64,000 nucleotides of DNA from assembly GCF_009914755.1 (NCBI RefSeq), contig NC_060933.1, one strand, 5' to 3'. The stretch comes from the human T2T-CHM13v2.0 reference genome, Homo sapiens. The translations under genes and the position numbers were made by a program. Below the pieces are notes generated by a model that was not told the origin of the DNA, did no database searches, and saw nothing but the letters and a program-made list of their open reading frames with translations. Positions 14,620-28,603 of the stretch are shown here, piece by piece (positions within the stretch are counted from its first letter, which is position 1; every line of letters starts with the position of its first letter).

Positions 14620-15028
14620 TGTGGTATACACGTGTTATTTCCTTTTTCAGCCCCACATCTGAATCCTCTTTCCTATGTTTGGGGAATCCCCCACCTTATG
14701 AGGCAGCGCCTACCTCCAGATGGTGATTCAAAAGCAAATGACTCAAAGAAGCTGGGTCCTCAGAAAATCTATTCTGGCAAGTGAAAGCAGCAAGCACAGC
14801 AGCTTCATCCAGTTTCCAGAGACAGTAATTCTACCTACAGTGTCTAGCACCCCCTGATGGTATTGGCGATTCAACCTCGTCTGTGCCTAGAATCTTGTTC
14901 CTGGATGCTAACTTCTCAGCCTATTTCTCCAGCCCTCCAAGAGATTCTGTGAGCCACCTAACACCCTGTTCATAAGTTCCTTTCCCAGACTCAATTTCTG
15001 TTGCTCACAACTAAAAGTCTTGACTATT
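14620..15028 (+). mobile_element. Old MaLR (MLT1-type) solo LTR
   Basis: tgtgg start and tttctgttgctcacaactaaaag...gact end, within a MIR. Confidence 0.55.
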
Positions 15029-15059
15029 ACCCCATTTGATAAATGTGAAAAAAAGCTAA

Positions 15060-15570
15060 TAACTTTGAAAAACAGTTTGGTGGTTTTTTATAAAGTTAAA
15101 TTCACTTATCATACAATCCAGCGCTCCCACACCCAAGGTATTTGCCCAACAGAAATGAAAATGTTTATAGCAAATTTACTCATAATGGCCAAAAACTAGA
15201 AATAACCCCAAAATCCATCAACTGGTAAATGAATAAACTGTGGTAAATCCATACACTGGAATACTTCTGGGCAATAAAAAGAAATGCACTCCTGATACAT
15301 GCAATTACACAGATGCATCTCGAAAGCACAGAGGCTAAATGAAAGAGGTTTGACTAAAAATGAGTCACACTTAAGAAATCAGATCAATGGTTTCCAGGAG
15401 CAGGAGGTGAAGAGAGGGAACTGACTACATGGCACTGAAAGGAACGTTTTGTAGTAATGGATATATCTTGATGGTGGTTACATGACTAAGTCTGTCAAAA
15501 TTCATAGAACCGTATATTCAAAAAAAATGTATTTTACTATATTCAAAGTATACGTCAATAAAAATGACTT
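15060..15570 (+). mobile_element. L1M 3' fragment
   Basis: ctttgaaaaacagtttgg...gtcaaaattcatagaac...caataaa. Confidence 0.75.
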
Positions 15571-15986
15571 TTTTATTATTAAAAGGGACTCAAGAATGGC
15601 CAGAAATCTTCCTCAAGGTCACATATATACTAAGCAGATTCAAACTCAGGTTCTAATTCAGATGCCATGCCTTGAAGGTTAAAGAGATCTTGCTAAAGGC
15701 ACAGAAAAGAGAAGATTGGGAAAGATAAGGGAAACTAAGTTGTCCTTTTCTCCCCAAAACCTAATCAAAATTTTTCAAGGCCTGCCTCAGACCCCCACCT
15801 CTGCCATACAGCCATCCATTTACTTATTCCACAAATATATCTTGAATGGTTACTATGTGCCACGCACTGTGACACTTTAGGTTACATCTGTAAACAAAAC
15901 AGAAATCCCTGCCCTCATGGAGCTTCAGCTTAGCGGTGTTGGGGAGTGAGGGGGTGGCGGGGTGGGGAGGAAGAGCAATGTATCAC

Positions 15987-16335
15987 TGTCTCAGTCCATT
16001 TTATGCTATTATAACAGAATACCACAGATTTGGTAATTTATAATGAATAAAAATATATTTGGCTCATGGTTCTAGAGTCTTGGAAATCCAAGACTAAGGG
16101 GCCACATCTGGTGAGAGCTTTCTTGCCACGTCATAACATGGTGGAAGGCATCACATGAGCGAGAGAAAGAGATCTAATTCACAGCCTCAAGTTCTTTTAT
16201 AATCAGCATTAATCCATTCGTGAGAGTAAATTCCTCATGATCTAAACACCTCCTACTAGGTCTCACCTCCCCAAGTTGCTGCGGGGATTAAGTTTCCAAC
16301 ACATGCTTTTTGGGAGACGCATTCAAACCACGGCA
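15987..16335 (-). mobile_element. MST (MSTD-like) solo LTR
   Basis: tgtctcagtccatttt...cattcaaaccacggca; 5-bp TSD atcac/atcat. Confidence 0.85.
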
Positions 16336-16719
16336 ATCATAAACATAAGTCAATAATGTACTCAATCAATGTTAAATGTTATGCAAAAATTTAAAAGAGG
16401 AGAATCCAGAATGTAGGAGGAGCAAGTTACATAATTAAAGGTAACCAGGGTAAGCTTACTGAATATGGTGAGCTTTGAGGAGATCTGAAAATGGTAAAGA
16501 ACATTTCCAACAGAAAGAACATCAAGTGCAAAGGCCCTGAGTCTAACACACACCTGTTTGAAGAAGAGCAAGGAGGTGAATGCAGTAAGCCAAAGGATAA
16601 CAACAACAGATGTGGTCAGAGAGGTAACAGGGTCAGATGAAGTAGGGCCTAGTTTGGCTGTTACTGAGTGAAACAGGGAGGCAATGCAGGGTTTTGAGCA
16701 GAAAATGCATATGATCTGA

Positions 16720-17058
<339 letters not shown>

Positions 17059-17909
17059 TAAAGGATTATTCTGGCTACTGTGTTGAGCTAGACTGTTGGA
17101 GGTAAACATACAGCAGAGGATCTAATTAGAAATCCATCACAACGATGCAGGTGAGACATGATAATCAGACGAGGGTAATGGCAACGGCAGAGATGGTAAG
17201 AAGTGTTACGACACTGCAGATATTTTAAGGTGAGGTCAACGAGACTTCCTAGCAGATTGGATGTGGGATGTGAGAAAAGGAGTGTAGGTTAACTCCATCG
17301 GTTTTGGCCTAAACAACCGGAGGATGGCATTGCCTTGATCAGAGATGGGGAGACCTATGGGTGGCACATATTTTTAAAGAAAGAAAAGGAGTTGGGTTTT
17401 AGACATGTTCCATTTAAAATGTCTAACATCCTGGTGGGCAGGCAGCTGGACACATGGCTCGGAAGGACAAAAAGAAGAGATCTAGGTTAGAGATATCAAC
17501 TTGGGAGCCAGTTCAAGGATAGTACTTAAAGATGTGTAAGTCTAGATAAAGATCTCCAATGGACACGCCAATTTTTAAAGGCAGGAGAGAAAGGAGTAAA
17601 TAACAAAGGAAACTGACAAGGATTGACCAATAAAATGTGTGTGTGGGGTTGGGGGACAGGGGGAGCTGCACACAACATGCAGTATCCTGGAAGCCAAAAG
17701 TGAATAAAGTGTATTACGGAGGAATGAATAATTGTGTCAAATGCTGGGCATAGGTCAAACAAAATGAGGACTGTGAACTGACTGTTGAATTTAGGCACTT
17801 TGATGTTACTAATGACCTTGTCAAGGGCACGTTCAGCTAAGAAGTTTGGGAAATAGAGGAAAAACCTGATTAAAGTTGGCTTAAGAGAGAACAAGATGAA
17901 GAAACTTGA

Positions 17910-18545
17910 ACTCTGGTGGAAATGTAAAATGGTACAGCCATTTTTGAAAAACAATTTGGCAGTTCCTCAAAATGTTAAACACAGGGCTATAATATGACCC
18001 AGAAAGTCTACCCTACTAAGTATGTAGCCAAGATAATTGAAAAGATACATCCACACAAAAATCTGAACACAAATGTTCACGGCGGCATTTTTTGTAACAG
18101 CCAAAATGTGGAACCACCTAAACGTCCATCGACTGATGAATGCACAAACAAAATGTGGCATATTCATAAATGGAATATTAGCCATAAAAAGGAATGAAAC
18201 ACTCATACATGTTATAATACGCATGAACCTTGAAAACATTATGCTAAGGGAAAGAAGCTAGTCACAAAAGACCACATATTGTATGATTCCATTTACGTGA
18301 AACATCCAGAATAGGCAAATCCACACAGACAGAAAGTAGATTAGTAGCTGCCAGGAACTGGAGGAAGGGTGAAACAGGGAGTGGCCACTAAGGGGTACAG
18401 AGTTTCTTTTTCAATGATGAAAATGTTCTGGAATTTAGACAGTGGTAATGGATGCACGACTCTGTAAATATACTAAAAACCACTGAATTGTACATTTTAA
18501 ATAGCGAATTTTAGGGCATGTGAATTATATCTCAATAAAGAAATA
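17910..18545 (+). mobile_element. L1MB7/8-like 3' end
   Basis: gtacagagtttctttt...accactgaattgtac...tatatctcaataaag. Confidence 0.85.
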
Positions 18546-20210
18546 GAAGAGGGATCATATGAGGAAGGAAATTAAAAACAGTTGAATAGAGACTACTTCT
18601 AGATGTTTCACTACAAAGAAGGGCAAAGAAATGAGACAGTAGCTGGCAATCAAAGTGGGATCAAGTATTTTTAACACTGGAAAAATAACATGTTTAAATG
18701 TTGATGAATGATCCAACAGAAAACAAAATATTGATGATGCAGGAAAATCTGGAGGGGGATTCTCAGGGCAATATCCTTGAGTAGTTGATAGAGGATAATA
18801 TCTAATACACAAGTGAAGAGCTTGTTTTTGATAGAAGCACATGTAGTTTATCTATGGTGAGAGGAATGAGGGCAGAAGGCACAAGTACATGCTTCAATTT
18901 CCTTAGTGAAGTAAGTAGCAAGGTCATCAGTTGAATGGGAGAGAGGGTATTATGGATTTTAAAAGGAAGGGGTCGGAATAATCAAACAACTGTCTAACAG
19001 AGTGACAGAGTGAATGGGCCAGGTACATATGATTGCCTAGGAGCATTAAGGACCCATTTGAGGTTCAAGGTTATGAATTTTAAAAAATAAATAAGATCAT
19101 TCAGCATAGGGTGTATGAAGGTATGTGTTTTCCAGCTATGTTCAGATGCACAGGTACAGGTGCAGATTAGGAGGAGAGTCAGATTTAACCAGGGTTGTAA
19201 GTTTTGCCAAGTAAGTATGATTAAAGTGTGGGACTATACAGACTATACAGAGGAGTTAGCATAATGACTATGGAATTTAAGCTGAGTGAGGAAGGGAATG
19301 TGAACATCAGGGATATAAAGGACGATGAAAAAGCAGTAGGATCAACAGATCTGGGGTCCATGGTCTGACAGATGTCCACAGAAAATAAGATCACTAGATG
19401 AATGGAGCTCAAGAAAATAGGAGGCCAATGTGTTGCAAGAATCACTCTTTACACTCAAGCGCAAGAAATAATTCCAGTCTCCGAGCAGCAACTGTATTCT
19501 TATAATTATCACGTAACTTGACATTGAATTGTCATTTACACAGCCTTCCCCAACCCAAACACTGGCAAACCTAGTGCAAGTCCCATGCATTTTTGTCTAT
19601 TTTATCTAGTTACTTATTTAGTAACTTACATACATTTCCTAATACACTTCTGGGAAGATAGTAAGTGCTAATAAATACTTATTGATGGATACAGATACAG
19701 GACCCTGAGGACAGACAAGTAAGCAACCGTCCTTTCCGTATCAGATATATCACAGACAGCTGCTCACCATTTACAGCTATCTGCCTTCCAGACTACATCA
19801 CCCAATTCATTTACCAATCACTGTCTTTCATATTTATTTTTCAAAGACACTGTAGGTGATGAGGCAATCTATGTTTGGCTGCAAAAGCTATACACTATTA
19901 ATAATTAAAACTAGGTAAGACATGGCCATTTCAGTTAATCACAGGAAAGTTTCTGTTTTAAAATTGCTTTAACTAAACAGCTTGTGTCTTCCACATACTT
20001 TTTTCAAGAACACATGTGCATCATTATTTTAATGAAAAGCGTACACACTTTTTTAAATTTCTGGTATTAGTAGGGGGAAAGCACAGGGTATAATAATTGT
20101 ACCCAAAACAAAAAGGTTAAACCTATATTGAGTTCTAAAGCAATTACAAAATCCTCTTTGCAGAACTCTGTCAGTAACAGAATGTAGGGAGTAAGTGATC
20201 TTTCTGCAAC

Positions 20211-20390
20211 CCAGTGGTTCTTCAACTCTGTGTATTATAAGAAAATGCACAGGGAGCTTTTTAAGCTAGACATGGTACCCTCACACCCCTAGAGGTCAAT
20301 TTAATTAATCTGGGGTGGGATCCAGGTTATCAGTATTTTTTTTTTAACTCTACAGAGATTTTAATGTACAACGAGGCCTGAGAACTACAG
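20211..20390. mobile_element. MER5-type hAT-Charlie MITE
   Basis: cagtggttcttcaac...tgagaactacag termini; tctggggtggg core. Confidence 0.7.
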
Positions 20391-21213
20391 ACCTAACCTA
20401 ATCCTTTCACCTGTTATTAGCAGCCTATACTCCTCTATTGCACTTCCAATTTTACTGCACTTCCAACTGCCTTCCACACATCTCCATCTGGAGGGTTGAC
20501 TCCAAATATAAAAGTCCAATCCTAAAGTCAGTATCTTCTTTCCCAAACTTATTTTCTCTTGTTCCTTTCTGGTCTTTTAGATTGTGAAATATAACTTACA
20601 GATGGAAAAATGCATAAAACATATAAGCGCAATTTAATAATCCTTAAACAGTACCCTCATAGTTATCAGCCAAATCAAGAAATATAACACTGCCAGCACC
20701 ACAGTCTCCCATATTTCTTATCTTGGCTAGTATACCAATTAATCCAGTTACTCAAGTCAGGAGACCAGGGACATCATCTTAAGATTCCTCCCCTTCTCCT
20801 GACATCAAATAAATCACAAGTACTAAAGATTTTACTACCAAATTATCTCCCCTCCTCTTTTTTACTGCCATTTTCTTAGTCTAAGTCCTCAAAAGATTTT
20901 CTGTCTCTGCCCCACTTGCCTCCAGTTCATTCCATGAAATGATCTCTTAAGGAAATAAATCTGTCACCCACCTTCCCTGACTCCCCATATCTTAACAAGA
21001 TAGAGTTCTTCATAAACTGGCCTGGATCTCCCTCTCTCTGGTCTCTAATGAACCTACCCCACTTCAAAACTTATACTGCGAATGTACCAATCTCCTTACA
21101 GTTACCTAAACACACTATGCCATTTCCTATCTTTCTCCTACTGTTCTTCTATAAGGAATATCCTTCCTTCCCACTGTTGTACTTGAATTCATCTTTCAAA
21201 ACCCAACTTAGCC

Positions 21214-21515
21214 AGCTGGATGCAGTGGCTCACACCTGTAATCACAGCACTTTGGGAGGCTGAGGCAGGTGGATCACTTGAGGTCGGGAATTCGAGACCA
21301 GCCTGGTCAACATGGTGAAACCTCGGCTCTACTAAAAATACAAAAATTAGCCAGGCTTGGTGGTACATGCTTGAAATTCCAGCTACTTGGGAGGCTGACG
21401 CAGGAGAATCGCTTGAACCAGGAGGCGGAGGTTGCAGTGAGCCGAAATCACACCACTGCACTCCAGCCTGGGTGACAGAGTAAGACTCCATCTCAAGAAA
21501 AAAGAAACAAAAAAA
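21214..21515 (+). mobile_element. AluS
   Basis: Dimer with tail. Confidence 0.92.
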
Positions 21516-21629
21516 CCTTAGCCGACAATTTCTCCAGGAAGCTGACCCTGCCCCTATTCCATCTATTTCTATAGCCTGTTCTTGTCTGCACCAGTATTTA
21601 TCACATTGTAGTTATAAACCATTTTCAGT

Positions 21630-22085
21630 GTCAGCCCAGGTTACAACAGCCCCATACTTGTTCTGGGAATTGTCTCTTCCATCCCTCCTACTTCATTCCA
21701 TTCACAAAAGTGAGCTTCCAACAGCTCAGCCCTCAGGCAAGCTGAACCAGGGTGGGGCCAGATTCTACCTCCCAGGAATTTGGAATGAAATTAACAGAGA
21801 AAACTGGTATGTCTATGTGGCTGAGAATTGTTAGATGTAAAATAAAAGCTCTACGGACAGCCATGTTCTACCATTTGTACTAAAAAGAGAAAAAAGTACA
21901 TCTTCGAAGAAAAAGAACGAAATGGGCAGAGTTAGGAAAAAACAGTCCTGTGAGCCTTCTGGTTCTTGGTTCCAGCCCTTCCCAAAGCCCCACTGAATTC
22001 CTGCCCTCAGGTTCTGTAAGGAAGACCGATTATCTGTAGAAGACAGCTGATTCTTATTTGCAACTAAAAGCTCCAAATAAAACAC
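21630..22085 (+). mobile_element. Old MLT1-type LTR
   Basis: gcagagttagg...gtcctg...gagcc...ttccagcc; ends ttcttatttgcaactaaaag. Confidence 0.55.
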
Positions 22086-22257
22086 TACGTTTTTAGACAT
22101 CTCTTCTATTTATCCTACTAGCACCATGAAGGCAGAAACTGTGTCTTACTCATCTCTCTATCTGCAAGACTAGCAAAGACCCTGAAAAATGCCAGATGCT
22201 CAATTAATGACTGTCATCCATGGCACACTAACAGTTATACATTTTTATGTATGTAAA

Positions 22258-22559
22258 TTTTTTCCTCCTTTTTAAAGACAGGGTCTTGCTTTGTCATCTA
22301 TGCTGGGAGTGCAGTGGCGTGAACATAGCTCATGGCAGCCTAGTACTCCTGGGCTCAAGTGATCCTCTCACATCAGCTTCCCAAGTAGCTGGACTACAGG
22401 CGCATACCACCACATCTGGCTAATTTCTTTATTTTTTTAGAGATGGGGGGGTCTCACTACGTTGCCCAGGCTAGTCTCAAACCCCTGGCCTCAAACAATC
22501 CTCCCGCATCAGCTTCCCAAGAGTCATTAGGGTTACAGGCCTGAGCCCCTATGCCAGGC
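22258..22559 (-). mobile_element. AluJ
   Basis: J-type diagnostics. Confidence 0.9.
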
Positions 22560-23065
22560 TTATGTATATAAATTTGAACTTTAAGAAGTGTTAACAAGTA
22601 TCAAACTCCAGCTAATTATATGTATGTCAAAATGTTTAGGGGTAAACTGTAAGGATGTCTGCAGCTTATTTTGAAATGAAGCAAAAAGTAAGATGTAATG
22701 AAGGTTAAATAGTGGAGTGAATAGATGCATAGATGTAAGATACAGTTAATGAAAGATAATGTTAATTGCAGAATATAGGCTGCACTAATTGCAGAATATA
22801 TGGAGGTTCACTATACAACTCTTCCAACTTTTTGCATGTTTAAGCTTTTTCATAATAAAATGTTTGGAGAAAAATGTAACAGCAATACATCTGCATTGAT
22901 TTACATGGGAAAGTCTACATAAATAAACATGCTCATGTTAGCTCATTTCACTGCCCTCTGCCATGAAATGGGAATTCAAAGAACTTTAATAATAGGTGAC
23001 TCTCCTTTCATTGCACAGTACATTTTCAAAGTGTTTTGTCTTTTCAGTTCACATGCTTCTTTTAA

Positions 23066-23403
<338 letters not shown>

Positions 23404-23861
23404 GAAGTAAAACTAAATACTTCTAATTTCATGTCTCCTTTAAAACTAGTTTTGGAAAACATTAAAATTAGATAGGCTAATTCAAACCAGTTTTCTGTTA
23501 CCAAGACTATTCAGAAGACAAAAAAAAAAAAGAGCTGGCAACTTTAATACTGTTAAGTTTCTCTTCACAAGACAGAAAAAACTGAGAATCACAGACTGTT
23601 AAAACTGGTCAAAAAGACTAATACTGTACAGGATCCTTACTTCCCAAAAAGAAAACTAAGACCCAAAGAGATAAAATATCCTGCCCAAGACCACCAAGTA
23701 ACTTTGTAGCAAGGCTCAGACTCAAAACCTGGACTTATCACTAAAAATCTAGTGTTCTTCCCATCCTAGTTGGTAGTCTTAAATCCTGTTTTGTTTTGTT
23801 TTTTCAAAAGTAATAGTATATAAAGTGCCTAGTCTCAGCATAAACATTTTGTATTTGTTCA

Positions 23862-24135
23862 GGCCGAGCGAGGTGGCTGATGCCTGTAATCCCAGCACAT
23901 TGGGAAGTTGAGGGAAGCAGATCACTTGAGGTCAGGAGTTCAAGACCAGCCTGGCCAAGATGGTAAAACCCTACCTCTACTAAAAATACAAAAATTAGCC
24001 AGGCATGGGGGTGCACACCTGTTATCCCAGCTACTTGGGAGGCCAAGGCAGGAGACTCGCTTGAACCTGGGAGGCAGAGGTCGCAGTCAGCTGAGCCTGG
24101 GCAACACAGACTCCATCTCAAAAAATAAAAAAAAA
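23862..24135 (+). mobile_element. AluS/J with right-arm deletion
   Basis: Dimer; TSD ttttgtatYtgttca. Confidence 0.88.
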
Positions 24136-24641
24136 GTTTAAAAAAATTTTTTTTGTATCTGTTCAACTGGCTTTTTTTTTGGGGGGGGGGGGTACTGGGT
24201 ATTCAGGTTATAAATACAAGTGAACACCGGAAACACATTACAACCAGTATTCAAATGACATACCTTATGTAACCACTGAAACTGAACTTCACTAAAATGA
24301 CCTGAAAGTGTTTTTCCATCAATTTAGGCAAATAAAGAGGCAATGACAGAATTTTAACAACACACTTGCCAGCATTCCTTGTCTGTGGTAGAAGGCCAAA
24401 ATTTTGCATGTAACTTTTCTAAAAAGTAGGTAACACAAAGCTACAGAAGTTGAAGGATAAGCCTTTTTTAATTTAGGTTTTTTTTTTTCATTTTGCAAAT
24501 AAATCAATATGTGTATGTTAAAATAATGGATTACAGAGATACAGATAACTGTATCCTTGCAAAACCACTGAAAGAATGCTAGTCCCAGTTAGACTTCACT
24601 GAATTTATGATACAACCACTTTTATTTCTATTGTGATTGTC

Positions 24642-24764
24642 AGACAACTGAAAATCTAATTAAAATCTGTATGAACTAAGAGCAACTTCAGGAAAAAAAA
24701 AAAAAAAAAAGTTATCCCAAAGACAACTGAAAATCTAAGTAGAATCTGGATGAAGAGACAAGTT

Positions 24765-24803
<39 letters not shown>

Positions 24804-24811
24804 ATCCCAGA
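24642..24811. repeat. Diverged two-copy tandem duplication (~80-90 bp unit containing poly-A)
   Basis: agacaactgaaaatctaa...ttcag-(A)n-gttatccca occurs twice. Confidence 0.9.
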
Positions 24812-25196
24812 GAGCTATTGGTTGGTCATTAACCACATGCAAAAAGAATGGCACTCTTTGTCTGATCTCTTCCCTTTCATAGCAAAACTGAAGCTGTAAA
24901 GAATGTCTAAAGGGTAGTCTATGGAAAATTAAATTGAAGTCATGTTATTTCTATCTATTAAAATTCAGCTATACTAAAGTCACTTCTGAAATGATTTAGG
25001 AATAGAGCGCTCAGCAAAATAAACTTCCAAGAAAAATAATCAAAAATAAGAACACCAGAATGAGTTTGCTACCTGTTCTATTAAAATAGGAATGTGTAAA
25101 AGGCTCCATCTTACTTTCTGATTAATAATCCATCTGCACAAATACTTAATATGTGTCATAGTCCACAGCTTCCAATCTCTAAATCAGATTACCACA

Positions 25197-25318
25197 AACT
25201 CTACAACTTAACATGCACTAGCAAGAACATTTCAACACACTTTGAATACAAAAATACTCAAAATACTGAGGAATGGTACCTTACCTTCTAGTGTCAGCAA
25301 GGAGAAAGGACTCCTCCA
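25197..25318 (+). repeat. Copy A of a ~115-bp dispersed direct repeat
   Basis: atgcact..caagaacatttcaacac..aaatactcaaaata..gaatg..accttacct..tagtgtcagcaa.gagaaag shared with 26510-26623. Confidence 0.9.
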
Positions 25319-25859
25319 GCTGCTCTAAAGTAGAAAATGTTCCCAATTTCTTGAGTACCATATAGTATAAAGTGGTTTTATCACATAGTACAGCAAAATT
25401 ATTGGTGAAATTATATGAACACTGTATTTCACAATACATGCTACTTACTAAGAAAAAAACATTAAGTGCCCCAATATTTAATTTCTATTTTTATTTCCTA
25501 TTTTATTTCTATTTCATTTGCTCATTTTACATGTCACTTTACCGTAAGCAAGTCTATAAAAGTATAATTTTTAAAGAGAGTAAAATCTCTGCTACCCGGT
25601 ATTACATAAACTGACATATCTAAAACATGGCGTCATTTGTGAACATCATGATGACAGTGAGGCAATACAAGTTCTTAACGTACTTTCTGAATCTTCAAAA
25701 TGACATCAAATTATCAATAATTCTCATCAAATGATAGTAATTTGCCAGCATAGTATATTGGACATTGGTGATATTAGACACCCTAAGAAAGGATACAAGA
25801 GTAGTGACCACAGTAAATATAAAAATTGAATAGGATTTTCTAAAAAAAAAAAAAAAAGT

Positions 25860-26391
<532 letters not shown>

Positions 26392-26425
26392 CTAACATTC
26401 CTACTGAAATCTACAGTGTTACAGC

Positions 26426-26941
26426 TGCGGCAGAAAATTGCTAACTACCAAAATCCACCCTGTTTCTTCCAAATAACAGAGTTGTAGCTAGGACAAGGCT
26501 CTCACCTTTACATTCTGTAACTGAAAATGCACTCCCAAGAACATTTCAACACTGATGAAATACTCAAAATAGTACAGAATGACACCTTACCTCTTAGTGT
26601 CAGCAAAGAGAAAGAACACTCCAATTCCCAATCCCCTGCAGCTAGATGAGGCAATGAGACTAAGCCTTCAGCAATGGGAGGAGAAATTATATTTGTACAA
26701 CTTTCACCTCACTTGCTTAAGACAAAATTTCTTACCCTGTGCTTCCAACAAGAACAACCTTGAAAGCTGTGCATTCGAGATGATACAGTCCCCATTCACC
26801 TACGTCCCCAAATGCCTGCATAAAGGACAGCCACATGCTGATGTGGAACACCTGCTCTCAACTACTGTGCGCTGAATTCTGGGGTTTCAGCCATTGTATT
26901 TCAGGGCTCTATTTCAGCAACTGGGTTACTTAAGTAATACA
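26426..26941 (+). mobile_element. MLT1(G-J)-like solo LTR
   Basis: tgcggcagaaaattgcta...; ttcccaatcccctgcagctagatgaggcaatgagactaag; ends taataca. Confidence 0.65.
26510..26623 (+). repeat. Copy B, inserted inside an MLT1 LTR
   Basis: Alignment by eye to copy A. Confidence 0.88.
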
Positions 26942-27079
26942 ATGGCAAACCCCTTACAGCGGGAGAAAGGTGCAACTATAAAATCCCAAACAGGCACAAG
27001 CTTTTAATGCCTTCACACAAGGTAACACATAAAAAGTAAAGTTCTCAATAGGACAGTTTCCCAGAAAGGTGTTACCTCA

Positions 27080-27335
27080 GGGGAGTGTTAAAGCATAGTA
27101 GATAAGAGAATAGGCCCTAAAGTCAGATTGCCTGGGTTCAAATCCCTTCTCCACCACTTGCCACCTGTGTAACCTTGAGATCGGAACTTAACCTTTCTGT
27201 CTCTGTAAAATGAGAATAAAAGCAGGACTCACCTCACTTAATTGTTGTGATGTTTAAATGAAAAGAAAACTCCACAGTTTAAAGCTGCTTAGCAAAGTGC
27301 ATAGCACACAGCAGTAACAGTAAACGTTAGCATTT
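27080..27335 (+). mobile_element. MIR, near full length
   Basis: cagattgcctgggttcaaatccc...ctgtaaaatg...taaacgttag. Confidence 0.85.
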
Positions 27336-27349
27336 CTTATTTAAAATTT

Positions 27350-27476
27350 GGCCAAATGAGGTAGCTCACGCCAGTAATCCCAGCACTTTGGGAGACCAAG
27401 ACCGGAGGATCGCTTGACGCCAGGAATTCAAGACCAGCCTAGGCAACATAGCAAGACTCCCATTTCTAAAAAATAC
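27350..27476 (+). mobile_element. FLAM-type Alu monomer
   Basis: Single left arm. Confidence 0.85.
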
Positions 27477-28277
27477 AATCAAAGAATACATGATACTGCA
27501 CAATTTCAGTGAGGTGATCACGTATCAATAAGGCTAGCAGAATGCTAACAAAGATTCTCTACAACCTACTTGGTGGTGCAAAATGTTCTAGGAGATATAC
27601 AATTAAACCTAGATTCCCTTAAAGGCAAACTAAGCGCCATCCAACTTTCAGTAACCAAGGAAGACAGCTGCATAAAAGCAGCATGACCTAGGGTTTAGCT
27701 ACTTACAAAACCATTATAGTGACTAAGAGAGAACAGTACATTGTACTAGGGCACCCTAATTTCAGCACGGACTGTACAGGAACTCTGACAGCACTGTTTT
27801 TCAAAACAAAGAGTCATCCTAACATCCCACGTATGCAAATGAATTGATAAATAGTTAAGATTCAAATAAGCTAAAGATGAGAAGGGAGACTACCCAAGGA
27901 AATTTCAGAAATTTGCCCTGTCTTTCTAACAATAAATCTCACAGCATGAAACAGAGCTTTATTATTTTTACACACAAAAGAGAAAAGCTATAACAGAATT
28001 AAACTTAAGTATATAATAAAAACATTTCCATATTTTTAAAAAAGAGACACCCCCCCACAATAAATTCCACGTTAGAATGCCATCTGGGAGCAGGCAAAAG
28101 TTCAATGAATTGTAAAGGCAGGAAGGTAAATTCGATCATAACATTACAAAAGTTTCAGAATGAGAATTTTTAAGTTATTATTAAAGATTTCCTTAGCAGT
28201 GGCAGTAACATTTATGCTTTCCTGCCCCTAAAAATAAAAATACATAAAATAAACATCTTCTTAATATGGAATGCCTA

Positions 28278-28603
<326 letters not shown>

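Noticed and set aside
19768-19878. Possible minus-strand exon (TTTTGCAG| ... ATG|GTGAGC)
   Set aside because: Short pyrimidine tract with competing upstream AGs; no other support
24172-24192. T9G12 homopolymer junction (and A13G9 at ~48247-48268)
   Set aside because: Simple mononucleotide runs with no supporting context
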